DNA of 64,000 nucleotides from an uncultured Coriobacteriaceae bacterium (GTDB lineage: Bacteria; Actinomycetota; Coriobacteriia; Coriobacteriales; QAMH01): assembly GCA_964388185.1 (NCBI GenBank), contig CAYLYJ010000001.1, forward strand, positions 25,873-89,872. Reading direction: 5' to 3'. The number at the start of each line of letters is the position of its first letter. The stretch's first letter is position 1. This document shows, one piece after another, positions 55,001-61,807 of the stretch. Under the pieces are notes generated by a model. The model made no database searches. It worked only from the letters and a program-made list of their open reading frames with translations, and had not been told where the DNA came from. The position numbers were made by a program, and so were the translations under genes.

Positions 55001-58000
55001 ACGCTGCTGGCAAGTACCAGCCGCTGACCGACGACGTGACGTTCGCGATGCTCGCTGGCAACAACCCGAACAACGAGACCGCCTACATCTACGGTAGGTG
55101 GGACAAGGCCCTGTACCTCGTCATCTTCGAGTACGACGACGGCCGCGAGATCGCGACTGACGACGAGGTCGAGTGGGATCAGACCGTGAGCGTGGCCACT
55201 GGCGGCCGCCCGAGCATGCCTGGCTTCAGCTTCGCTGGCTGGTACTACATGAAGGACGGCGCGCAGGTTGCCTACACCGGTGGCAAGACCTTCGAGCAGC
55301 TGGCGGCCGAGCTTGGCCTGACCGCTGCCGACAAGGCCGACACGGGCCGTGGCATCCACCTCATCGCCAAGTTCACCCAGAACCAGACCTTCACTGTCAA
55401 GTTCTACAAGGGCGCCTACGACGAGAGCGGCAACCTGGTTGCCGGCCCGCTGTACGACGAGTCCGACGTGTACGAGATCGCCGACGGCGCGACCATCCAG
55501 CTCGTGCTGCGCGCTGATGGCGACTTCGACCTGGTGCTGACCGGCAACGAGGCCGACGGCTCCAAGCTCCCGAAGCTCATCGAGATGCCGTTCATCTCCG
55601 GTTACGTCTACGACGCCAACCTGAGCCGTGCGCTCGACATCCTCAGCACGACCGACGGACGCTTTGCCGGCGAGCTCGCCATCTACCTGGCGCCGCGCCG
55701 CGACTACAGCATCACGTACGTCATCCAGATGCCTGACGGCTCGACGAAGAACGTGACGACGCGCGCCAACCTGGCGTGGGATTCGACGGGCCACGCTGGC
55801 GTGACCGCCACCGCTCCCGCCGGTTACAAGATCGACGGCGGCTGGTTCTGGAAGAGCCAGTCCGGCAAGACCGGCACGGTGGCCGCGGCCGATGCGTACT
55901 CCGAGCTCGTCAACAAGATCTTTGGCAAGAAGGACACCTCCAAGAAGAACATCACGCTGTACATCAAGGCAGTGGCCCAGACCTACAGCGTCATCTTCGC
56001 CGACGATAACAACGGCGCGGACAACCCGTACACGCAGATCAGCCGCAAGGACGGCATCACGTGGGGCGGTAAGGTCGCGATGACTGCGGCCAGCAAGCCC
56101 GGCTACGAGTTTGCCGGCTGGCAGATCCGCCCGGCTGGCGGCTCGGCCGTCACCGTGAGCGATGGCAACGTCTTCAGCAGCCTGGCCACGCGCCTGGGCC
56201 TGACGGATGTCACCGCGCTCGACACGCCGGTCGTGATCTACGCCGTGTGGAACAAGTACGTGGGCGTCACCATCGAGTTCTACAAGGACAGCGTGAGCGA
56301 CGCCAACAAGCTGCCGCACGTGCAGAAGTACACGGGCGACCAGACCAAGAAGAAGGCCGGCGAGACCTACTCCGTCGCCAAGAGCCTGATCGACAGCCAG
56401 CGTCCGGCCGGTTACACCTCGCCTGCTGGTGCCTCGATGAAGCTTCTGGTCGACGAGGCCAACAACATCATCAAGGTGATTTACACCCTCAACAAGAACT
56501 TCAAGATCGTGCTCGACGCGAACTACACGGGCAAGCCGGCTGACCAGACCGTGAGCGGCCTGGCCTGGACCGAGAAGCCCGACGCGAAGATCACGTGGGC
56601 TCCGAGCCGCATGGGCTACGAGCTGAAGGCCAAGCCGCAGCGCTGGAACACCCGCGCCGACGGCAAGGGCACGAGCATCTCGGCCGACATGACCTATGCG
56701 CAGATCGCGCAGCTGCTGAAGCTGGACGAGAGCGCGGCGCTCAAGAGCGGCCTGAAGCTGTACGCCCAGTGGGCAGTCGCCAACAACTTCGAGGTCCTCT
56801 ACGACCTCAACAACGACCGCGAGACCAACAAGAAGGTCACGACCGCCGTGCCCGACGACCGCACCCCGATCGATGTCGAGGAGCTCAACGAGCACAAGGT
56901 CGCCTGGAACAAGGGTGGCTTCGACAAGTCCAACGACGGCGAGCTCGATGCCGCACCCAATGGCTACGAGTTCGACGGCTGGAACACGAAGGCCGACGGC
57001 ACGGGCCTCAAGATCGACAGCTCCATGACCTACGAGCAGATCTCGAAGTACATCAACAAGAACGCCGCGCAGAAGAGCATCACGCTGTACGCGCAGTGGA
57101 AGGAACTCGTCATCGAGATCACGTACGTGGTCGATAACGAGGCCGCAGGCACCATCGACCGCAAGGTCGACAAGGTGAGCGCCGTCACGAAGCAGGCCGT
57201 GAAGGACGGCTCCTCGGCTGGCACCCAGCTGCACTCCGTGGCGACCGCCAAGCCTGGCTGGCACTTCGTCGAGTGGGTCCTCGTGACCGACGACATGACG
57301 GCCAAGAGCGGCGAGACCTTCGCCAACGTGATGAAGAAGCTGCGCGACGACGAGAGCGAGCTGCAGATTCTGTCGCACGCCAACGACGGACGCCTCTACG
57401 GCGCCACCTACATGGCGAAGTTCGCACGCAACGACAACGCGACGATCGAGTACGATCGCAACGACGACCTTGAGAACAACATCCTGGGCACCGGCGAGAT
57501 CAAGGATCAGACCACCGCCCATGGCAGCCATGTGAACCTGTCCAACGGTTCCGAGTTCAAGCGTGGCCACTACACCCTCATGGGCTGGAACACCGAGCCC
57601 GACGGCTCCGGCACGCACTACGCGCTGGGCCAGACCGGCATCGTGATGCCGGTCGAGGGCATGAAGCTGTACGCCGAGTGGGGCATCAACAACTACGGCG
57701 TGACCGTGAACGGCCCGAAGGACGGCGGCTCCGTGCAGCCCGGCTCCACCACGATCACGTGGGGCGAGAAGGTCCCGAAGGAGTTCGTGGACAGCCTGAA
57801 TCCGTGGGCTGACCTCGGCTGGCACTTCACCGGTTGGGAGTACAGGATGGTCGACGCCGACACGGGCGAGGTCATCACCGGCTTCACGACCGACCCGACC
57901 ACGCTCACCGTCAAGGGCGAGCTGGAGCTCACCCCGGTGTTCGAGGGAGCTGACCTCGTGGACGGCCCGCCGCGCACCGGCGACGACTCCTACGAGTTCG

Positions 58001-61000
58001 AGCTCACGCTGGCCGCCCTGTGGACGGCACTGGCCGCGGCCCTGGCAGCGCTGCTGCTGATGGTGGTGGCCCGCCGCCGCCGTCGCGCCGAGGAGGCGTG
58101 CGAGGCGCTCGAGGCCGAGGCTGCCGGCGTGTACGGCGTGCACGCAGCCGCATGGGGCAACGGGCGCGCGACGCGCACGCTCGCGGCCAGCGGTTACGGT
58201 GCGCATTCGGTGCGCACGGACGGCTCGCGGGTGACGCGCGTGGAGCTGGCGGCTGCGGCGGCCAGCGCGAGCGTCGAGGGCTGCGAGACGCGCGAGGAAT
58301 ATGTGGAGCGCGCGATTGCGTGCGGTATGGGTGCTCACGCCGTGGCGTCGAGCGCCCTTTGCGATGACAACGAGCTGCGCTCGAGCTGCTGCGGCGCCCA
58401 TTCGGTGGCCGCTGCGGGTCGCGGCGCGCATGCGATACCGGTTCTGGCCGACGAGGCCGCCGCTGGCGCCGTGGAGCGCCTGGGCGCGGCCGAAGGAGCC
58501 CACACGGTCTCCAAGGCCGGAGAGAGCGCTCTGGATCGCCTGGTGGCGGCTTACGGCGAGCACAGCGTGCGCCGCGCCGACGATGGCGTCTGGGAGAGCT
58601 TCGACAACGTGGTGGCGCCGGTGCGACCGGCGGCTCCGACGGCCCGCGAGCGCGTGGCCGCTGCGATGCGCGGGCTCAAGCCGCGCGTGAGCGGCGCCGG
58701 TGCGCACGAGGTGGCGACGGCTGGCGAGCAGCTGGCGAGCGTGACAGGGGTCAGGCCCCTGTCACATGTGCAGCTGGCCTGCATTTATGCATGGATGTGC
58801 AATAGTAAACGTGAAATTTTCGGCACCGATTTCGTGGCATACGAAGCTCCGGTGCCTGCGAGCAAGGCGCAGCGCAAGGCTGCAAAACAGGCTGCGAAAA
58901 ACGCTGGCCTCCGCGGTGGACTATTTGGCCGCGGCAACGTGACAGGGGTCAGACCCCTGTCACATAATGGCGAAACCGCAGGTCAGAGCGTATTCGCCGT
59001 GAGAAATTTGCCCTTCGAAGGGGATAACTCTGCCCATTTACGGGCGTACTGTGCCCTCAGCCAGGCGGATGCGGAGCTCGCACCGCCTGTCGCGTATGAA
59101 ATGAACGTTTCCGCCGTTCGACCGCGGTCAAGGCGCATGAAATTAGCCTTGGGCATGCCATCGGTGATCTTGGCGTTGTGCCTGGCCACGTTTGGTGTGG
59201 GTGCGCATCTCTCACCGAGCGTCGCAATGGCCGACGAAACATCTAGTACTAGTGCAGCCGGCGTCGTGGCCGCCGTGATCGGGGACGATTCTACGGCCTC
59301 TCAGGCGTCTTCGGCATCTGGGACGGGTCTGGACAAGGCCCCGGCCTCTAACGGGGCTCAGACGGCAAATACGGGCGTTGCAGGAGATTTGGGCAACGCG
59401 GCTAATAACGCTTCGACCAGCGGAAACGGTACAGATACCGTGACTAAGGGCGAAAATGCCACTCTTAATACCAATGGTTCCGATACCAATACTAAGGACG
59501 TTCAGGACGCCGAGAAGGGCGTCGAGGGCGATTCTGAGGCCTCTGAGGGCCTCGAGAAGGCCCCCGAAGCCACTCCTGGCGAGGATAAGGACGCCGTGAA
59601 GGACGCTGCTGACGCCGATACGAGCGCTGCTGGCGATTCCTCCACCAATAAGGACGCGACCGCGGGGTCCGAAAATACCCCGAATTCCTCCGAAAATAAT
59701 TCCGATCGCCACCAGAATGATGGCGGAAACGACTCCGATTCCAACGATTTCGACGAGCCGGTGCTCCCCGCCGAGGGCCAGCCGACGGCTCCTTCCCCGG
59801 CAGATCAGCCGACCGACGATGATACCTCGACACCCCCATCTAGCGGGGATGATAGCAGCAATGCTAGCTCATTGACCACGCAAGATAGCCTAGCACCGCC
59901 GGGTGCTAGCACCCAATCCGATCCACCTCCATTGGACTCCGGAACGTACTTCATCCGATGGAACGAGCAATCGGACTTTTGGATCGGAGAAAAGGATAAT
60001 CAAGTCGCCGTTTACCACAACCCTGGTACCGGCTTGCCTATTTTCTGGAATATAGACTTCGTGTCTAATTCTTCTGCTTATGTGATCAAGATTGGCGATA
60101 TGTACCTTGGCCGGGCGGTTTCCGACGATGAGTACTCCCTCGTCCTTCTTGACTCCGTGAGCGATGGCCAAAGTGAAATTCTTTGGGATATTTTCGCGAC
60201 CGAGAATCTCGAGCCCGGAACCTACTTCATTTGCGACCCGACGCGTTCCATTTACGTACGCGCGAGGCAGACCGACGAGACCGAGCTGACGCTTCTGGTC
60301 CGTGGCGGCATGGCTGAGGTTCCCGTCGCGAACAGTTACATCTGGATGATTGGTCAGCCTCCCGCGCAGGATTGGTCGATTGAGTACTTCCCCGCGGGCG
60401 CGACTGAGGGTACGACTCCCGAGACGAGTGTTTCCAGCGTCTCCGGTGCTACCATCCCCGAGTGCGGCTACAAGCGCTTCGGCTATACCTTCATTGGTTG
60501 GAACACTGCCGAGGACGGTACGGGCACGGCTTACATGCCCGGCGACTTCGTTCCCGGCGACGGCGTGCTTTCCGAGGACTTCGTGCTGAGGCTCTTCGCT
60601 CAGTGGAAAGAGGCCTTCGTCAACATCACCGTTAGTATTAGTGGGGGCGGCACCGTCAAGGACGACGCCACTAATAAGAAGAGTGACAGCATCACGCAGA
60701 CCGTGAGCTCCGCGACGGGTCTGATCAAGGACACCGCCGACAAGGGCTTGAGTGGCGTGACTGCCGTTCCGGGCCGCGGTTTCCACTTCGGCTCGTGGCT
60801 CATCGATGGCGGCGTTGGCTCGATCGCGGATTCGCTGCGCTTCAACAAGACGCTGACCGCCGATCAGATCATGCAGCTTTCGAAGTTCACCGATCCCGAG
60901 ACGGGCTGGACGCTGTTCCATGACACGACGCTCGTTGCGGACTTCATCGCTAATACTTATATGATCAAGTACGACGCCAACGGCGGCCTGGGTACCATCG

Positions 61001-61659
61001 CCGCGCGCAGCGTCGATTACGGTTCCAGCGCCGTGCTCACCAAGGCCGACGCGCTCAAGCGCGACCGCTACAAGTTCAAGGGCTGGAACACCAAGGCCGA
61101 CGGCAGCGGCATTGCCGTGAGCGATGCCGAGACGCTCGAGCGTCTGCTGGCTGCCGGTGTCCTGGCCGATGCCGATGGTGCGATCACGACGCTGTATGCT
61201 CAGTGGGAGCTCATCCCCGAGGACACGCCCGCTCCTGCGCCGAACACCACTCCGAATGCCACGCCGAGCAACGGCGATGACGGCAACAACTATGGTGGCT
61301 ACCGCGGTTACCGCGGCTGGGGTTATGCGTACGCCGACGAGGCCGAGCTGCCCGCCGCCGAAGAGACCGACGAGATGCTCGACGCCACTCCTGCGAGTGA
61401 CGAGATGATCACGACCAAGGGCGGTAACCCGGTGCTCGACTTCTTCGGCACGGATGCCGGCAAGGTCGTCGCCGTCGTTGGCGGCGCCGCGATTACGGTC
61501 GCGGTTATTGCCGGCATCGCAGCACTCGTCGCCGCACATGGCGCCGCCGGTGCTGCTGGCACAGCCGGCGCGGCTGGAGCCGCGGCTGCAGAGGGCGGCT
61601 TCTTCTCCCGCCTGCGTAGGAGGATCGCGAACTTCTTTGGACGCGGCAAGCAGGGTTAA
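46072..61659 (+). CDS. Giant cell-surface repeat protein ORF, uninterrupted for 5,195 codons; probably two genes fused by lack of a stop
   Basis: ATG at 46072 gives MGLANAGTTCAVPAAKARNPLVAFIAVVFVAAALLFAMPSLAYA/SSE, a signal peptide; the track start at 45952 (GTG) adds 40 non-signal residues. An acidic S/T/D-rich region is followed by many Flg_new-type repeats and MucBP-like modules. A sorting-signal-like PPRTG + TM + RRRRR lies at 57967-58086. There is no in-frame stop until TAA at 61657-61659 (per the ORF track). The frame crosses a GAHxV-repeat tail, two REPs (58741, 58939) and a second signal peptide at 59101/59137. Confidence 0.8.
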   Translation: MGLANAGTTCAVPAAKARNPLVAFIAVVFVAAALLFAMPSLAYASSEAEASPQASEAQEILLSQKESSTSANKTPDESPTPPGYTAQDAFNIDLGAQATEVDLVSGDGASSYTPGDDKASINDKDSDDDSDSDSNQGTHDKADSNTTADEDSDATANPKDETDSTVDSNGASSSITDEKAAGSDANQSAGPTGDSKADDVIATDRDGQSADQTAGAAADNAGEVQKEQTKPQVQQPAKSQVGTASTVTPAATSGTVHVVFQTYAAGSYNSLAAVLAGTHTTIGNATDKVYKTTNAFAGYANGGDSSVTSFGIGSPNVLPTYYRYGYTLKSWTRVMWNERRSRLVVNTYNVGATTNTTIFPAGTEVVLFANWERVQYSLSYYQTGSATIVWDNNSSSSYWDTVLPSETQVPVTVNPDPNVFSTSGENGKWHLKPLQTAQFNNYDFGLKVADHAADGSTSSLVYYNFTPGKPYANGVLTVGQIISAYYPQGDTYDAALGSITKWEVFPCWNPTPSTEYKITFAIGSGDSSKGTVTGKEIKVANDGTGKVTSALWTGANVSASDTNKTDGYQLKANAWTGKIGTNSYTFNSLAELYNFAVSGDMVLSPVWEKIAGPFTVTFDANGGSVTPGSASATEFTGSITIPAAPTMEGKTFSGWYTAASGGTKLYSGGGTTTYADLLKAIYGSSNNGTNQYNENNKSVTIYAHWGDVEYKYHFESNGGSGIYSTVGSESTTTWNGTITVPAAPTPDSGYSFVGWFTEKDGAGTQVATGSAYKTLAGNNAATKSLTFYAFFREDVVKMEFKVAAGSTGNVTLGHGSTTGQNSITLYVGAATGKLYTYDGANYTLATGNVGAVTPTFGSNYRYQSIGWLDGSGAELNSSSAQAQYVTINTTTGVLTPKAYNGTYRAGTYSIKAAPKPYYYKVEYYLQGLDGSWASTPTEFTSGTANYGTAVQVRNFSADTTATQVDPKTYAGFTYTSTVIGSVGRIDAMGVGTTSNYGTNILKLYYTRNQHTVTLDWASAPAGVAAPTFTIGGTSMNSGAQVGYGQTAVTVPEPAAVPGYVFVGWTRATGSAAVTLSPIGSTKGVTFTMPDGNVVLTGTWRAMKYRVEFVNDDRTDQHSWGSLSTGNGAWSVSGSGINAKYTIDVDRGTQIKPSGMTAISAPGATPSNSNNYYFTGWEYYNASGAKQFWGAGSTNNLVIDPSNFRVTTTGLPSGIDGIITITARWGLVRVVSWTTSTPGTFAGVNKTQIKDDDAGNTPTMTEAQATFDQLNGQKDTTSTNPRNTGKPMGKVGYKFTGWHWEMTGADTGTQYYTTIASENGLSIGGHRYTYMSEADLANMPVTCSITFLAQWAPTKQVVTITNTSPSGTGTWAAGFDPTVPDDKQKTGSTFTLPTASQITKPGCTFQWMDNMGKTYAPGATYTVGEGKLSPSTDPTVESNYVINIWPVWVEGKATINYKLGNGVATGAGVLTKASETVDLSGGNPAGSEAKANPHYTFVGWFTDAACTQKITDMNWVHDGSAGTGTHLVPGKNASTGLFDTATYYAKFIATTYTITFVSDDDDHIGSERGTVATVTGKQNPAQLTYSSPLSGNVTVTAKPGFRHTGWKYSEDGGTTWKTMDTAFKNSEHNNAVWGSIMLYATYNMRDDLSIAFRDDTYTSGPIHNKSYTGMSWDDNVSVRLPSGYDVRPGYNFLGWYFNTNPNDVMDKDIKFSAAAAKYAAPDGAGVNGLTLYAKWQAKDGYQVIYNTNGGGTAPASKNNVKWDQTGLLAADQTRAGYTFLGWFVDDPSNHDNDRKITADNAYSVLAAGDDTKMSVTLTAHWKQKTYQIQYLDNVGTTQLGHAGSSSDTLAKVLYWDSVVPTFTPTKTGSTFIGWTYGTGTTVGTTTKISDLAGGVDVEDGHTFIVRASWQGNPTYTINYYLLKRNADGTYTANGAPESLTFSGYLTPGVDADATNLQGAGESAAVNYWTKFAKAGYAADTTNIHGKNVIRFNGGAIIANSGTNHVFKLYFYEKEYTLKYVDDNGSAFTPPVADKVVGWESSSLAPTTAPTRPGYGSVSWTYNGTPVAGKTIADLLGASGENTTTLTLKAVWGENKTTITYTVSGPSGSASVTPGSEQINSATGTATGSKVTLSDPTSYKLLGWFYNDGAGEVAVDSNWVVNNADGSISIVPQKEGGVYVARTYYAKVAELSALNYTVEHYFMKNDGTYGTTADETASGSDKENVTINAADKKVTRQGFTYDASAAGSITSITLLTTDPDGSRVLKLYYVRDSYTIEVIPAEAGKDSPSPAPSIDDSHLTDGKKYMGSSQNLPIVGNHDGWTLTWKLDDGTTLSATDTSFIVPFEADGKVTLTAVWTRNKMNVSFTDADKPSTPAGFSVTASPVKVDFGKNLSSVSGWNMSKVTVTQPSEWALVGWEVWNADHTVKLGDVADPMIWTIDQDTIFSAKWAQTLVVTYYPGDHAAAGQNSKTYQDYKSSDNAPMPSWASKTGGNPSADHPNAATGYAWIGWKWTLDGVDYYFYANPADALAGTTSTAMPTTVDNNYAFTALYKALDRTLSFDLSGTETWTDGDSATSKTIATKTGETIPFASMPTPQKAGWKFVGWKVSGTDDSTAIKTGMNYLVPAIADDTIHFVAVFKVDAWYVTYIVEGDGGVRDNDEDTVSPTLETAPKGCTAKPNPGFKFVGWFWRDTDGTEHTVDESWLTRNADGSVKITPHADSGTAGNYVWAERTYFARFTAGDTSFKIWYMQQNVDGTWGATAADIETVTTTTAGAKVTTGQTYQISDFTLKSFLGFVLSSDNNGQPTDVTVLGNGSSVLKVFLERVKNDVTFEFAPGDAPSGVTVPPAMTDQVFGSTVTLPTVSAPGYKFGWTAKYTDENGAEQTLAISGGSFTMPAFPVTVTGTWTNPVYHIVFTTDQAGAGNMPNATNTTDFDRYNSDPSSTANTISWNGSGWVPMGMDGNIVIPTYDGMTFKGWYYKDAAGKYQPLTDDVTFAMLAGNNPNNETAYIYGRWDKALYLVIFEYDDGREIATDDEVEWDQTVSVATGGRPSMPGFSFAGWYYMKDGAQVAYTGGKTFEQLAAELGLTAADKADTGRGIHLIAKFTQNQTFTVKFYKGAYDESGNLVAGPLYDESDVYEIADGATIQLVLRADGDFDLVLTGNEADGSKLPKLIEMPFISGYVYDANLSRALDILSTTDGRFAGELAIYLAPRRDYSITYVIQMPDGSTKNVTTRANLAWDSTGHAGVTATAPAGYKIDGGWFWKSQSGKTGTVAAADAYSELVNKIFGKKDTSKKNITLYIKAVAQTYSVIFADDNNGADNPYTQISRKDGITWGGKVAMTAASKPGYEFAGWQIRPAGGSAVTVSDGNVFSSLATRLGLTDVTALDTPVVIYAVWNKYVGVTIEFYKDSVSDANKLPHVQKYTGDQTKKKAGETYSVAKSLIDSQRPAGYTSPAGASMKLLVDEANNIIKVIYTLNKNFKIVLDANYTGKPADQTVSGLAWTEKPDAKITWAPSRMGYELKAKPQRWNTRADGKGTSISADMTYAQIAQLLKLDESAALKSGLKLYAQWAVANNFEVLYDLNNDRETNKKVTTAVPDDRTPIDVEELNEHKVAWNKGGFDKSNDGELDAAPNGYEFDGWNTKADGTGLKIDSSMTYEQISKYINKNAAQKSITLYAQWKELVIEITYVVDNEAAGTIDRKVDKVSAVTKQAVKDGSSAGTQLHSVATAKPGWHFVEWVLVTDDMTAKSGETFANVMKKLRDDESELQILSHANDGRLYGATYMAKFARNDNATIEYDRNDDLENNILGTGEIKDQTTAHGSHVNLSNGSEFKRGHYTLMGWNTEPDGSGTHYALGQTGIVMPVEGMKLYAEWGINNYGVTVNGPKDGGSVQPGSTTITWGEKVPKEFVDSLNPWADLGWHFTGWEYRMVDADTGEVITGFTTDPTTLTVKGELELTPVFEGADLVDGPPRTGDDSYEFELTLAALWTALAAALAALLLMVVARRRRRAEEACEALEAEAAGVYGVHAAAWGNGRATRTLAASGYGAHSVRTDGSRVTRVELAAAAASASVEGCETREEYVERAIACGMGAHAVASSALCDDNELRSSCCGAHSVAAAGRGAHAIPVLADEAAAGAVERLGAAEGAHTVSKAGESALDRLVAAYGEHSVRRADDGVWESFDNVVAPVRPAAPTARERVAAAMRGLKPRVSGAGAHEVATAGEQLASVTGVRPLSHVQLACIYAWMCNSKREIFGTDFVAYEAPVPASKAQRKAAKQAAKNAGLRGGLFGRGNVTGVRPLSHNGETAGQSVFAVRNLPFEGDNSAHLRAYCALSQADAELAPPVAYEMNVSAVRPRSRRMKLALGMPSVILALCLATFGVGAHLSPSVAMADETSSTSAAGVVAAVIGDDSTASQASSASGTGLDKAPASNGAQTANTGVAGDLGNAANNASTSGNGTDTVTKGENATLNTNGSDTNTKDVQDAEKGVEGDSEASEGLEKAPEATPGEDKDAVKDAADADTSAAGDSSTNKDATAGSENTPNSSENNSDRHQNDGGNDSDSNDFDEPVLPAEGQPTAPSPADQPTDDDTSTPPSSGDDSSNASSLTTQDSLAPPGASTQSDPPPLDSGTYFIRWNEQSDFWIGEKDNQVAVYHNPGTGLPIFWNIDFVSNSSAYVIKIGDMYLGRAVSDDEYSLVLLDSVSDGQSEILWDIFATENLEPGTYFICDPTRSIYVRARQTDETELTLLVRGGMAEVPVANSYIWMIGQPPAQDWSIEYFPAGATEGTTPETSVSSVSGATIPECGYKRFGYTFIGWNTAEDGTGTAYMPGDFVPGDGVLSEDFVLRLFAQWKEAFVNITVSISGGGTVKDDATNKKSDSITQTVSSATGLIKDTADKGLSGVTAVPGRGFHFGSWLIDGGVGSIADSLRFNKTLTADQIMQLSKFTDPETGWTLFHDTTLVADFIANTYMIKYDANGGLGTIAARSVDYGSSAVLTKADALKRDRYKFKGWNTKADGSGIAVSDAETLERLLAAGVLADADGAITTLYAQWELIPEDTPAPAPNTTPNATPSNGDDGNNYGGYRGYRGWGYAYADEAELPAAEETDEMLDATPASDEMITTKGGNPVLDFFGTDAGKVVAVVGGAAITVAVIAGIAALVAAHGAAGAAGTAGAAGAAAAEGGFFSRLRRRIANFFGRGKQG
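57967..58086 (+). other. Cell-wall-sorting-signal-like segment (PPRTG, hydrophobic helix, RRRRR)
   Basis: Codons read directly: P-P-R-T-G (57967-57981), DDSYEFE, LTLAALWTALAAALAALLLMVVA (58003-58071), RRRRR (58072-58086). The layout matches LPXTG-type signals, but the L is replaced by P and the ORF does not end after the basic residues. Confidence 0.5.
58087..58740 (+). other. Ala/Gly/Arg-rich tail with eight G-[AVE]-H-x-[VAI] motifs
   Basis: The motifs are at 58135 (GVHAA), 58198 (GAHSV), 58330 (GAHAV), 58393 (GAHSV), 58423 (GAHAI), 58495 (GAHTV), 58555 (GEHSV) and 58699 (GAHEV), all in the gene frame. The tail ends at the REP at 58741. Confidence 0.6.
58741..58765 (+). repeat. REP lying in frame inside the giant ORF
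   Basis: GTGACAGGGG-TCAGG-CCCCTGTCAC, translated as VTGVRPLSH. Confidence 0.9.
58939..58963 (+). repeat. REP variant lying in frame inside the giant ORF
   Basis: GTGACAGGGG-TCAGA-CCCCTGTCAC, translated as VTGVRPLSH. It is followed at 58976-58988 by CCGCAGGTCAGAG, a motif also seen at 32195 and, inverted, at 45577. Confidence 0.9.
59101..61659 (+). CDS. Alternative reading: separate surface protein (852 aa from ATG 59101, or 840 aa from ATG 59137) with signal peptide, beta-trefoil-like domain, Flg_new repeats and a C-terminal TM anchor
   Basis: MNVSAVRPRSRRMKLALGMPSVILALCLATFGVGAHLSPSVAMA/DE is a canonical signal peptide in the same frame as the upstream ORF. An S/T/N/D-rich region follows, then a triple [FLI]-W segment (59938-60360) and two Flg_new-type repeats (GYTFIGWNTAEDG...LFAQW; YKFKGWNTKADG...LYAQW). 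The C-terminus has the hydrophobic VVAVVGGAAITVAVIAGIAALVAA and a basic tail RLRRRIANFFGRGKQG. Confidence 0.55.
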   Translation: MNVSAVRPRSRRMKLALGMPSVILALCLATFGVGAHLSPSVAMADETSSTSAAGVVAAVIGDDSTASQASSASGTGLDKAPASNGAQTANTGVAGDLGNAANNASTSGNGTDTVTKGENATLNTNGSDTNTKDVQDAEKGVEGDSEASEGLEKAPEATPGEDKDAVKDAADADTSAAGDSSTNKDATAGSENTPNSSENNSDRHQNDGGNDSDSNDFDEPVLPAEGQPTAPSPADQPTDDDTSTPPSSGDDSSNASSLTTQDSLAPPGASTQSDPPPLDSGTYFIRWNEQSDFWIGEKDNQVAVYHNPGTGLPIFWNIDFVSNSSAYVIKIGDMYLGRAVSDDEYSLVLLDSVSDGQSEILWDIFATENLEPGTYFICDPTRSIYVRARQTDETELTLLVRGGMAEVPVANSYIWMIGQPPAQDWSIEYFPAGATEGTTPETSVSSVSGATIPECGYKRFGYTFIGWNTAEDGTGTAYMPGDFVPGDGVLSEDFVLRLFAQWKEAFVNITVSISGGGTVKDDATNKKSDSITQTVSSATGLIKDTADKGLSGVTAVPGRGFHFGSWLIDGGVGSIADSLRFNKTLTADQIMQLSKFTDPETGWTLFHDTTLVADFIANTYMIKYDANGGLGTIAARSVDYGSSAVLTKADALKRDRYKFKGWNTKADGSGIAVSDAETLERLLAAGVLADADGAITTLYAQWELIPEDTPAPAPNTTPNATPSNGDDGNNYGGYRGYRGWGYAYADEAELPAAEETDEMLDATPASDEMITTKGGNPVLDFFGTDAGKVVAVVGGAAITVAVIAGIAALVAAHGAAGAAGTAGAAGAAAAEGGFFSRLRRRIANFFGRGKQG

Positions 61660-61700
61660 GCCTGAGCGCGATGCCCGACCATGAGAGTACGTTACGAGAA

Positions 61701-61730
61701 GAGAGACCCGTACTGGGTCCCTCTTTATTT
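61701..61730 (+). terminator. Rho-independent terminator after the giant ORF
   Basis: GAGAGACCC-gtact-GGGTCCCTC (one mismatch in the stem) followed by TTTATTT. Confidence 0.7.
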
Positions 61731-61765
61731 ATGAGACGAGTACATGAATGTGGCTGGGGCAAAAT

Positions 61766-61790
61766 GTGACAGGGGCCTGACCCCTGTCAC
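61766..61790 (-). repeat. REP-like 25-nt palindromic hairpin element
   Basis: GTGACAGGGG-CCTGA-CCCCTGTCAC. Confidence 0.9.
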
Positions 61791-61807
61791 AAGTAAGTAG
61801 GCAAAAT

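Noticed and set aside
46882-61539. Minus-strand ORFs 46882..58707 (3,941 aa) and 59890..61539 (549 aa)
   Set aside because: The same shadow-ORF effect, opposite the 46072-61659 ORF; they have no protein-like features.
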